Origin: Lepidodermella squamata
Lineage: Eukaryota; Animalia; Gastrotricha
Assembly: GCA_047495785.1 (NCBI GenBank)
Contig: JBLDXI010000029.1
Location: 3,534,001 to 3,598,000, forward strand
DNA length: 64,000 bases
Direction: 5' to 3'
Under the pieces are notes generated by a model. It ran no database searches. It saw only the letters and a list, made by a program, of their open reading frames with translations, and was not told the origin of the DNA. The position numbers were made by a program, and so were the translations under genes. Below, piece after piece: positions 23,779 to 35,837 of this stretch. Each line of letters begins with the position of its first letter. Positions within the stretch are counted from its first letter, which is position 1.

Positions 23779-26700
23779 ATGACGACAGAGGAGACTTCTT
23801 TATCGCAAAAAGTAAGCTCGAGAAATTAATTCAATGCATGTGGCTTGTAAACGTTTTTTTAACAGCAACCTATTACCGAATCGGGGAATTCGTCAGAATC
23901 AGCTGTCTCTACCAAAAAAGCTCGTGTTTTTGTGAGCTATTCTTGGAGTTATCGCGAAGCTGACGTTCGAAACCTCGCAGATGAATATCTCAGCCAACAG
24001 CCTGACTTCGATGTGTTTTTAGATATTCATAAAATCTGCGGTGATCTCGATCAGGCGATGATTGAGGCAAGTTTTCAATCTATTCCGAAGTTTCTCGCTT
24101 TAATGAGTCCAGTTATAGAAAGTCGACTGGGCTGATATCGTTGTTTGCTTCCTTTGCGAACCGTACCTTAGACCAGGTTCTAATTCCGCTAAAGAATTTG
24201 ACTACGCCATCTTCAAGAAAAAGAAAGTTCTCCTCGTCAATCTGGAAGATGACTTTGTCCGACTCGATGAGTCTCGAAACCTGGGAAATTTACTTCGAGT
24301 GTTCTTGCGAACGGAGGCCATGCACTTCCATGATGATGCAAATGATATTTGTCAGCAAATCCGACTGATACTGATGATGCCTGCCCAGAAAGCTGTCGTT
24401 TTGAATCGGTTCTACTGTCCGAACCTACCTATCAGCATCTCGAACTACTTTGAGCGGAATGAACTTGAAGCAAAAATGATGACATATCTAATCGATATCT
24501 GCAACCAACCAGCAAAAGGTAAGTAACCCTATTTCTGTAATCCACCTTCTAAAAGTCGTAAATAGGCAATACAAGCATTCTGGTTGTAGCTGGCGAAGGA
24601 GGAGTGGGCAAGTCTGTGTTGATGGCGAAATTGCTTGGTAGCGAATCGATCCCAAGAGGACTGCAATCGCCAACGGTTGTTCTATGGCTTCAGTGTTTCA
24701 AGTGGCAAGGAACATTTTTTGACGACTCGGCCAAGAAAGAATTCCGCGAAAGTCTATTAGCTCTGGCAAAGAAAGCCGCAGCGGATTTTACTGGATCGGA
24801 AATATCTCATATCAGTGAGTATTTTCGAGAAAAAAAGCGCCGTCGTGTATTGGTCGTCCTCGATGATATGTTCAACGTGGAACTGCTTCGATTCTTCGTG
24901 CAAGAACAATCAGAAATGTCGTGTTGTGTCATCACTCGCGACCCATTTCCGATTTTAATGAAACAGCGACAGCTCATTTACAAGTTGGAGAAGATTGATA
25001 GTCTCACGAACGAAGCGATCGAACGATTTCTCGAAAGAACTTGCAAGTTGAAGGAGAAACTCAAGGCGAACGCTGAAGGAAAGATAGCTAACCTTGCCAA
25101 AATGTGTTGTGGCTTGCCTCTAATCATGTCTCTCATCGCCAATCGCTTCATGTTCGGAAATTACAATTGGGACGAGGAGTATGAAGAAGTGGTCCACCAA
25201 AAGACCAACGACCTGGATACTACTCTTACCGGCGGCGATTCCCGTTTCAAAGAACAAACTGTCAATAGTCTGTTGCAGTTTTCTCTCGATCGACTTGGAG
25301 ACGACTATAGGCAGTGCTTCTATGCCTTCTTACTATTCGGGCCAAACACTCTAATTTCGAGCGAAAATCTGACGATTTTATGGCGTCAATTGGCACCTAA
25401 GCTTAGGGCAAAGGACGTGTTCAATGCATTTGATCGTGGGGCTGTTATAAGAACAGTCGGCGGAGCGCATGAGCTCTCGTCCGTGCATCAACTCCTCTGG
25501 GAGGCAGGGTTTAGACAGGCCGCCCAAGAATTTAAAATAACCGCCTCAAATGACGCCGATCTTTATGACAATGTCAGATTGTTCCTTCTTAACAGAAAGA
25601 ATATTTCGAATGCAGAAATGATGCTTTTCGAGTTTTTCAAGGTCGGAAACGGCAAAAAGCATAAATCAGCCTATCGGCACCTGCTGCGTGATATTCTGGA
25701 AGGCTTAAGTTGTGATGCATTGTTGGAAGTATGCACGTCTAATAGCAAAAGCGAGGGCAAGTCTTTCATCCATTTCCTCTATGGCTTGGAGTGGGAAGAC
25801 AATTTCAGTCGAGGCGCAGAGGACACATTTAAAATGTACGGAACGCATCATTCCTACCGTCTGATTGCATGGATGCTTGCAAGACTACATGGCGATCAAG
25901 CGCGATATCAAAGCCACATAAAATGCCTAGCAGACCACAATGATTTTACATTTCTGATGCAAATTTGGAACGACGATGAATTAGAGATGCTGAAGCACGA
26001 GAGAGACAACATAGTCAAGTTCTTTTATGGCCACCACTGGAGATATCAAGCGAGAAGAAAAGTGGCTGCCATAATTAATAGCAAGGAAACGTCCCAGTTC
26101 ATTAGATCGGTTATAGGCCGTGATTTAGCTGCGGTGAAACGCAATTTCAGCGCAGCAGAGGCCCGCACAGCTGTAGAGATTGCTGCGATACAAGGTGACC
26201 AAACAATAATAGCATTAGTAGCAGAAAAATCACATGGCGTTCTTTCGGCGGCTGAAAACAACGGCACAACTCCGCTTTGGATTGCAGCTCAAAATGGCCA
26301 CATGGAAGTTGTTCGATTCCTGGCAGACAAATCACCAACCACAGTTTCTACAGCTGACAACGTCGGCACAACCCCGCTCTTGATTGCAGCTGGAAATGGC
26401 CACGTGGAAGTTGTTCGATTCCTGGCAGACAAAGCACCAACCACGGTTTCTACAGCTGACAACGACGGCACAACCCCGCTTTGGATTGCAGCTCAAAATG
26501 GCCACATGGAAGTTGTTCGATTCCTGGCAGACAAAGCACCAACCACGGTTTCTACAGCTGACAACGACGGCACAACTCCGCTTTGGATTGCAGCTCAAAA
26601 TGGCCACATGGAAGTTGTTCGATTCCTGGCAGACAAAGCACCAACCACGGTTTCTACAGCTAATAACAACGGCACAACCCCGCTTTGGACTGCAGCTCAA

Positions 26701-29700
26701 AATGGCCACATGGAAGTTGTTCGATTCCTGGCAGACAAAGCACCAACCACGGTTTCTTCAGCTAATAACAGCGGCACAACTCCGCTCTTGACTGCAGCAC
26801 AAAATGGCCACATGGAAGTTGTTCGATTCCTGGCAGACAAAGCACCAACCACGGTTTCTACGGCTAATAACAACGGCACAACCCCGCTCTTGATTGCAGC
26901 TGGAAATGGCCACGTGGAAGTTGTTCGATTCCTGGCAGACAAAGCACCAACCACGGTTTCTACGGCTAATAACAACGGCACAACCCCGCTCTTGATTGCA
27001 GCTCAAAATGGCCACATGGAAGTTGTTCGATTCCTGGCAGAGAAATCACCAACCACGGTTTCTACAGCTGACAACGACGGCACAACTCCGCTTTGGACTG
27101 CAGCTCAAAATGGCCACATGGAAGTTGTTCGATTCCTGGCAGACAAAGCACCAACCACGGTTTCTACAGCTGACAACGACGGCACAACTCCGCTTTGGAT
27201 TGCAGCTCAAAATGGCCACATGGAAGTTGTTCGATTCCTGGCAGACAAAGCACCAACCACGGTTTCTTCGGCTAATAACAACGGCACAACCCCGCTTTGG
27301 ACTGCAGCTCAAAATGGCCACATGGAAGTTGTTCGATTCCTGGCAGACAAAGCACCAACCACGGTTTCTACAGCTGACAACGACGGCACAACTCCGCTTT
27401 GGATTGCAGCTCAAAATGGCCACATGGAAGTTGTTCGATTCCTGGCAGACAAATCACCAACCACAGTTTCTACAGCTGACAACGTCGGCACAACCCCGCT
27501 CTTGATTGCAGCTGGAAATGGCCACGTGGAAGTTGTTCGATTCCTGGCAGACAAAGCACCAACCACGGTTTCTACGGCTAATAACAACGGCACAACTCCG
27601 CTTTTGATTGCAGCTCAAAATGGCCACATGGAAGTTGTTCGATTCCTGGCAGACAAAGCACCAACCACGGTTTCTACAGCTGACGACGGCACAACTCCGC
27701 TTTGGATTGCAGCTCAAAATGGCCACATGGAAGTTGTTCGATTCCTGGCAGACAAAGCACCAACCACGGTTTCTACAGCTAATAACAACGGCACAACCCC
27801 GCTTTGGACTGCAGCTCAAAATGGCCACATGGAAGTTGTTCGATTCCTGGCAGACAAAGCACCAACCACGGTTTCTTCAGCTAATAACAGCGGCACAACT
27901 CCGCTCTTGACTGCAGCACAAAATGGCCACATGGAAGTTGTTCGATTCCTGGCAGACAAAGCACCAACCACGGTTTCTACGGCTAATAACAACGGCACAA
28001 CTCCGCTTTTGATTGCAGCTCAAAATGGCCACATGGAAGTTGTTCGATTCCTGGCAGACAAAGCACCAACCACGGTTTCTACAGCTGACGACGGCACAAC
28101 TCCGCTTTGGATTGCAGCTCAAAATGGCCACATGGAAGTTGTTCAATTCCTGGCAGACAAAGCACCAACCACGGTTTCTACAGCTGACGACGGCACAACT
28201 CCGCTTTGGATTGCAGCTCAAAATGGCCACATGGAAGTTGTTCGATTCCTGGCAGAGAAATCACCAACCACGGTTTCTACAGCTGACAACGACGGCACAA
28301 CTCCGCTTTGGACTGCAGCTCAAAATGGCCACATGGAAGTTGTTCGATTCCTGGCAGACAAAGCACCAACCACGGTTTCTACAGCTGACAACGACGGCAC
28401 AACTCCGCTTTGGATTGCAGCTCAAAATGGCCACATGGAAGTTGTTCGATTCCTGGCAGACAAAGCACCAACCACGGTTTCTTCGGCTAATAACAACGGC
28501 ACAACCCCGCTTTGGACTGCAGCTCAAAATGGCCACATGGAAGTTGTTCGATTCCTGGCAGACAAAGCACCAACCACGGTTTCTACAGCTGACAACGACG
28601 GCACAACTCCGCTTTGGATTGCAGCTCAAAATGGCCACATGGAAGTTGTTCGATTCCTGGCAGACAAATCACCAACCACAGTTTCTACAGCTGACAACGT
28701 CGGCACAACCCCGCTCTTGATTGCAGCTGGAAATGGCCACGTGGAAGTTGTTCGATTCCTGGCAGACAAAGCACCAACCACGGTTTCTACGGCTAATAAC
28801 AACGGCACAACTCCGCTCTTGATTGCAGCTCAAAATGGCCACATGGAAGTTGTTCGATTCCTGGCAGACAAAGCACCAACCACGGTTTCTACAGCTGACG
28901 ACGGCACAACTCCGCTTTGGATTGCAGCTCAAAATGGCCACATGGAAGTTGTTCGATTCCTGGCAGACAAAGCACCAACCACGGTTTCTACAGCTAATAA
29001 CAACGGCACAACCCCGCTTTGGACTGCAGCTCAAAATGGCCACATGGAAGTTGTTCGATTCCTGGCAGACAAAGCACCAACCACGGTTTCTTCAGCTAAT
29101 AACAGCGGCACAACTCCGCTCTTGACTGCAGCACAAAATGGCCACATGGAAGTTGTTCGATTCCTGGCAGACAAAGCACCAACCACGGTTTCTACGGCTA
29201 ATAACAACGGCACAACCCCGCTCTTGATTGCAGCTGGAAATGGCCACGTGGAAGTTGTTCGATTCCTGGCAGACAAAGCACCAACCACGGTTTCTACGGC
29301 TAATAACAACGGCACAATTCCGCTTTGGATTGCAGCTCAAAATGGCCACATGGAAGTTGTTCAATTCCTGGCAGACAAAGCACCAACCACGGTTTCTACA
29401 GCTGACGACGGCACAACTCCGCTTTGGATTGCAGCTCAAAATGGCCACATGGAAGTTGTTCAATTCCTGGCAGACAAAGCACCAACCACGGTTTCTACGG
29501 CTAATAACAACGGCACAACCCCGCTCTTGATTGCAGCTGGAAATGGCCACATGGAAGTTGTTCGATTCCTGGCAGACAAAGCACCAAATACGGTTTCTAC
29601 GGCTAATAACAACGGCACAACTCCGCTTTGGATTGCAGCTCAAAATGGCCACTTGGAAGTTGTTCGATTCCTGGCAGACAAAGCACCAACCACGGTTTCT

Positions 29701-29811
29701 ACAGCTTATAACAACGGCACAACTCCGCTTCGGATTGCAGCTAATAATGGCCACTTGGAAGTTGTTCAATTCTTACGAGATTTTGAGCAAAAACGTATTC
29801 AATGCCAATGA
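23779..29811 (+). CDS. TIR - NB-ARC - 35x ankyrin NLR-like receptor, copy 2 (exons ..23811, 23866-24066, 24119-24518, 24566-29811; start codon uncertain)
   Basis: TIR: VFVSYSW..VFLD..ADIVVCFL..Y..SNSAKEFDYA..KKVLLVNLE. NB-ARC: GEGGVGKS, VLVVLDD, VITRD, CCGLPL, VHQLL. All three introns splice in frame and are conserved in copy 3. Confidence 0.9.
26254..29775 (+). repeat. Coding tandem array of 35 ankyrin units (102 bp; five units are 99 bp) with higher-order duplications
   Basis: Unit xxxGTTPLxxAAxNGHxEVVxFLAxKxPTTVSxA; units 9-17 recur as 21-29 at a 1215-bp offset. Confidence 0.97.
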
Positions 29812-30870
29812 ACACATCATGGGAACGTCCGAGTTCGTTTGATCTGGTTGTGACTTGATTTTCCAGCTCTAGAACTTTGTTAGAACAGCTATTTTGAAAC
29901 ACGTAAATTACAACACGTTAAGCATCAACCACTACGGCGGTAATAGAACCATTGCTCCGAGTACGGGGGGTAAGGGGGGAGGCTGGAACTATTTGGATCA
30001 CTGAATATAACTAACCTTTCCTAACCAGGTGCGCAAACGTCGACGCCCCCGTTTCTAGCTACCAGCGGCAGCGCTGCAGCACTTTGTGATCCGGCGGCTC
30101 ACGCATCAAAGCCGCGCCTTATCAACTCGCACCACTGTGTCTACGCACTCTCATGACGACGAGGACGACGTAGAACCTCTATCGCACGGCGTATATTCAC
30201 ACTACCGTGGCAAGAATCAACCCCTCCGTCGTCGGCTCACTTCTTGTTTTCTGCTACACCAGTTTTGAAATGCATATTTTGCAAACGTGAAATTTCTTTT
30301 GTCAATAAATGTTGGACATTATTGTGAACCTGCAGTTTAATTTCGAAGAGTTGATTACAGTGCAACCGAGTTTTAGCGAACCACTTCGGTGCCACGTGAA
30401 AAATTCTGCTATAAGGAAAGTTCGCTAGAAATGAAGTAGAAAAACTTTTGGAAATTTGAAAGACACCAATTTTATGGATGATTCGGCATCAGAAGAGTCA
30501 GAAATAGAGTCTAAACTGTGGGCAAGGGATAAGAGAGCCAACGAGTCTGGTAGAGAAATTATTCGGTGGGTCTGATTGGGTTGATGAGCGATGGAGATTA
30601 GCGATTGAATAGGTACCCAGTCGGGAGGTTCCAGGTCTATTCTGGGCCTGGGGTGTGTTTTTAAAGTCCAGTTTGAACGAAGTCTAATTGGTCTGACAAG
30701 TCGGAATATTTTATGAACATGTTCACCTGCGACATATTGCGCACGCGCCGTATTAATTTTGAAAACCAAGAATAGCGAGAAACAACATCGGCCATATGTT
30801 ACATATGACACGTGCCGGAAATTCATTTTATTTTAGTTTCATTATTTTGCTCATTGAAACGACATCGAAT

Positions 30871-31001
30871 TGTTTAATTAAAAATTTACAACTAATTTAT
30901 TTAGCAGGGTCCAAAATTACGGTCTACAAACGAGGGAGTTCTTTTAAGGAGGGTGCCACTAACGAGGGAGCACTGTATTAATTATTCAGCTGCTCAACGA
31001 C
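30871..31001. repeat. 131-bp inverted duplicate of 34325-34455 (pogo-like TIR plus flank)
   Basis: Exact reverse complement, including ~25 bp beyond the TIR. Confidence 0.9.
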
Positions 31002-31060
31002 TGGCTCCACCAAATTAATTTCAAATTGTTCTTTGGCAAAAACATCATTTTCATTTTCAC

Positions 31061-32055
31061 TTATGCAAAAGTTATGCAAAAACACACGCAGCTGCAACTG
31101 CAATCGGAACAGTATTTGAATCGTCGCCAGCGGTTCTTGAACTCGGCGAACGCACGCTCAATGATCGCTCGAAGACTTGATAAAAAGTTGTTGAATTCAA
31201 GACGCGCTTCGCGATCTGATTTCAATAACTCCAACGTATTGAAAGGAATCATCAGGTTTGAAAGAAGGGGAAAAGCGCCGTCGCCGACTAAGTGTAGTTC
31301 GCCGAAGAAATAATTGTCAATCAGTGATTGCATCGCAAAACAAAGGGGATTCACGAAAAATGCGTGAGTCCGGAACGCAAGCCAGGGTAACCGCTAAAGA
31401 TATCAATAAACCTTTTGTTGTTGTCACACGTAGCCATCAGTACAATGCCGTGAAAGCATTTGTAGTTATTATATGCCACTGGGTTTACACTTGGCGCTTT
31501 TATGGAAATATGAGTGCCGTCAATTGCTCCAATTGTTCCTGGGAAGAAGTACCGTGATTCGAAATCTGCGGCAATTATTTCAGCGTCAGCGCGAGATGGC
31601 CAACAGATGAAATCTTTCTGATTGTCGACAATATTATGAGCTACCGAGTGGAGGATGTTGTGAACAGTAGATTTCCCACGTTGAAAATCATAGCGATCTC
31701 ATCCATGGAAGCCATGGTTGCCAATATTTTCAAAAAAACAAGAAGACACGTGAGCGGAGGGATACCGGGACGGCCGACGCTACAACCATCACCTGCTTTG
31801 ATAATGTTTCTTCTCACCATGTAATTGAGCAGCTTCTCCACACTTTTCTTACTTTCGGAAGTCATCGAGTTCCATTGCGGGGACTGTCACCGAAATGAAT
31901 CCCACCATCCTCGCATGCCGTCGCCTTCGTCGAGCTTTCTTTAGCTGCAAAAGAAGTGCCACAGCCATTAAATCAGAGTCGTCGACAAGAAGGTCCATCG
32001 CGCATGAGCAAATCTTTCCGATGATTTCCATTTTAATAAAAAATTCTACAAACAA
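31061..32055 (-). pseudogene. PIF/Harbinger (HARBI1-like DDE) transposase, frameshifted
   Basis: ICWPS..FPGTIGAIDGTHISIKAP..YNNYKCFHGIVLMATCD..GYPG; LVGDGAFPL; FNNFLSSLRAIIERAFAEFKNRWRRF. Confidence 0.85.
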
Positions 32056-32130
32056 ATATGATTCGCATATATATTTTTAATTGATTCAACTCGCGGTTCA
32101 CCCTCTCACATAATTTTAGTTGTTAGTTGG

Positions 32131-32789
32131 CTAGTTGTTGCCGATTTTCGGATTTTCTCGTATCCAAGTCAGAACTCCTTGCGCAAGTTCTCGAGCTAAT
32201 TCAAGTTTCTCACGGCCTTGGGCGAGTATATCATTTATTAGGCCGACTTCTTGCTCACCGGGTGAGAGCTTGAGCTTTTTGGAAGGCGCGGCCGACGAAG
32301 ATGAAGAAGCTCTCGACGACGAAGCCCCTGAGGTTGAAGCAGCAGGTCGCTTTTTGCAGATACCGGCAGTTGAGACCACCACATCTGGCTCAAAAGCTGG
32401 ATCATCTTGACAGATACGTTGAACCTGGTTGGTATACCAGGTTTTTTTACCCGAAGATCCAGAGTTCTTCCTCTTATTAGTTTGAGCGCGATAATAAAGC
32501 CATTTTTTTTAACCGCTTCGGCATCAAGATGAGCAACTCCTGGTACAGGCAAAGCCGTTTCTATTTCCGCGGCAATTTTTGCGTAATACGAGTTTTTCGT
32601 GTTGAGGTTGTTGCCGCTGTTCATATTTCCGTACTCGTTTTCAATGAGGTCCAGCATCCGCTGAGCGCGAACTCGGGACCATCTTCGGTCGTTTTTCATT
32701 TTTGAAGCCGAGTCGCCCTCATCCGATTCGCTAGATTCCAGCTCGGCTTGTGCCCTGGCATGCTCCACCGCTTTTTCTATTTTCATCAT
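32131..32789 (-). pseudogene. Myb/SANT-like (MADF-type) companion gene of the Harbinger element, frameshifted
   Basis: RRWSRVRAQRMLDLI..KNSYYAKIAAEI..AEAVKK followed by a Ser-rich, coiled C-terminus; adjacent to the Harbinger transposase, as is typical. Confidence 0.65.
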
Positions 32790-35700
32790 ATGCGTGCTTC
32801 CATCTATTTCATAATAATAATAATAATAATAATGGTTTTATTTAGTCCTCCTCTCGATTAAGCATCTATACCGTAAAAACGGTTTTGAGGAGGGCGAAGG
32901 CAGGCGAAAGATGAAAATCACCCACCCCCACAGTTGAAGATTCTACTTTTTCCAAAAAATTCATAATCATTCATTGAGTCAACAATGTTGCGCCATTCAA
33001 TTTTATCAAAAGATAGTAATTCAGTCAATTGCAGATCAGGAATAATTTTAATTTCAAATTTATTTTCTTTTTCTATTCCATCTATTTCAACCCAGCAAAA
33101 TCCAGGAGGCAATTTGGGAAGGCTCATTATTCAGGAAATCTAGTATAAAATTATATGCTTGATTAGTTACGACTGCTTTCGAAAAAAATCAATGAATAGC
33201 TGCTTGTCATAGCGCCGTAATACCAGAATTTGTAACTGGCAAAATAATGAAAAAATATCAGTCAAATAGATTTATTTTTTTTTCAAAAATTGAAATACAG
33301 CACGAGTTTGTTTGAGAAATCGATTTTATTAATGAAAACAAAAAATGGCAGAATGAAATAGTGAAAATGCGATTAAGATTAGTTCATCCATGAGTAAAAC
33401 TTGGTACGCAAATGTTTACGAGCGCGATAATTGATGGCATCATCGGTGCGGCCTGGTAGATCGGTGCGGAAACTGGGGTAAAATTTAGCGACAAATAGAT
33501 CCAAGTTGCTGTTGCTCGGTTTCCTTTCGCTCTTCCATAAGAAGTAAACGTACGGCTCGAGGATATCGTCATGCTTCTGTTGCCATCGGTTTCCGTTGGC
33601 AGCTTCATTGAAAATTAAAAACAGTTAAAAAGAATGATGATATCGATCACATTTAAAAAAATACGGAGAATTCCAGCAATTATAGCTTGATCGATTGCTT
33701 GGATAATTGGGTTACTGATATTTATGATGTGCCGTTTCTTTTGGCTATCGGTAAGATTTTTAACTGTTTGCCGAGTTAAACGATGAGAAATCGACATCAA
33801 ATAAAATGAAGAATAATGAAAATCCCTGCTACCGCACGCCTTAAAAATACTCACATTTTACACCTTCTTCGCGCGATTCAATATGACGCCATTTTTTGTT
33901 CAAAATCTTTTCGGACCAAGCAGACTCATCAAACCTGAATCAGACCGGACTTTTAAAAACACACCCTGGACGAAAAACCTGAAAAAGGCCCATTTCGGGC
34001 CTACGTTTTGCAGATTTTTATAGATACCCCACAACACACTATATATAGTACCACTGCACACTAAACATGGATGTACTGCAGACACATATCAGTACTACCG
34101 CGTTGCTTTTTCACGCTATTCTTCGAGCCTTAACAAGTTTAACGCGGTTTTTTCGAAAAATTTTCTGATTTTCGTGGATGATGCTTTTTTCTGGGACCAT
34201 GGACCATCGTTTGCTACGACCCTTGATTAACTGATTGCCAGAGAATCCATTTATTTGATTGGCTGGTTTTTTTTAAAAAAGAGTTTTCAAAGGAACAATT
34301 CGACTTGATTTGTTGCTTGCATTCGTCGTTGAGCAGCTGAATAATTAATACAGTGCTCCCTCGTTAGTGGCACCCTCCTTAAAAGAACTCCCTCGTTTGT
34401 AGACCGTAATTTTGGACCCTGCTAAATAAATTAGTTGTAAATTTTTAATTAAACAAATAATAATTGTTTGATAGATTAAAAAAAATAAGCGTGAAAAAGT
34501 AGCGTTCCTAGAAACCTAGCGGCGCGTTGTCGTGGTTTTGAGAGATCCAGTTATTTCAAGTTTAGTTCAAACGAGTTGAAAGAAGTTGAATCAGTCCATT
34601 AAGCTGTTCTTGTGGCTTTGAAATGGCTGTGATTATGCAACAGAGTGTGAGGATTAGCTGCCACTCAAGTCGTGCTGCGAGTCGTCTTGTTTTTTGTTAA
34701 ACTTTTCTATCAGATATTACGCCAATCAGACAAAATCAGCAATTCATTTCAATAACTATAAAAATGCCCGTCAATCTTTCATCTCTTTGATTTGCAGATT
34801 TTTCCTCAGGTCAATTGCTGATTAACTAAAAGACTCATCCGAATTGCCCTGATTTCTCATTTTAAGCTTTATCCCGGCCAGAAAATCTCTTGAAATTTAC
34901 CAGCATGATCAAATTAGGATATAAATCGTGTTTTTTAAGGAAACTGAAACTTCAGTTTTTCCCAATTTTGTTCCCGGCTGTGTTGCGTAATCATGAAGAA
35001 TCACGTCCTTGTTTTAAGATTTATTTTAATTCCGATACATGGATTGATTCTCATATAATTAGACCGATTTCATTCGTTCCAGTTGTCCTGAGTTATTGGA
35101 ATTATTAGCCGATTTTCGATAGTCGATAGGCCTGATCTAACATGAAACTGGCTGCCACTACTCTACGATTTCATTGCTCAACGCCTTGGCAATTTTACGG
35201 GTTTTTCACAACTTTTAATCATTCGATTTTGACTTTGAAAATCGCAACATCCCGAGGAGGGGCGGCGGGAGCTTCTGCCCGATTTTTTACCTTGTTCTGA
35301 TCTTAATAGGCCATTCTTATTAGATCGGTCTGTGATTGCTCAATGCCATTCATTCGATGAATTTAAAAAAGGAAAAGTCAGGTTAACCGCGAAAAAATTA
35401 ACGAAAATACATTTTTCATCCTAATTGTTTCAAATTTAAAATAATTTTTAAATAATTCCACGAATATTAGGCGAAGCGTGAGTTCTGAATTGAACACTGC
35501 ATGATCTTGAGAATGTTTGGCTGAATTTGCTGGTGATTAATTCAGAATTCTGGTAAATCTTGAAGGTGATTTTTTTTTTAACCGGTGATTTCAAATGAAA
35601 TTTGTTTGCGAAATCGGACGAGCTGGGCATTTTTGAAGTAAATTGAAATAATGAGATTCCAGGTTTTTTTATTCTGAGTTCGTTAACCCCAGGCAGGACT

Positions 35701-35837
35701 TAAAATCAGAGTAAAAAAACAAGGTCAACCAGTCAAATCAAAACCGCATATAAGAATAAAAACTTGGCGACGAACTTATGATTCATAGTGTTATTGTTTC
35801 ACAGCCTTCAGCGAGCGAAAATTGTAATGACACGTAA

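Noticed and set aside
23866-25600. Bacterial anti-phage (Avs/Thoeris-like) operon or contaminant contig
   Set aside because: Spliceosomal introns conserved between paralogs and animal-type TEs all around; ancient horizontal origin of the domains cannot be judged without a phylogeny.
26254-29775. CRISPR array or non-coding satellite
   Set aside because: Units are contiguous, in frame, lack unique spacers and encode ankyrin repeats; no cas genes; eukaryotic context.
26046-29842. Many alternative-frame and antisense ORFs over the ankyrin arrays (also 3362-4025, 54100-55171, 59915-61529)
   Set aside because: Shadows of a repetitive coding sequence with no independent motifs.
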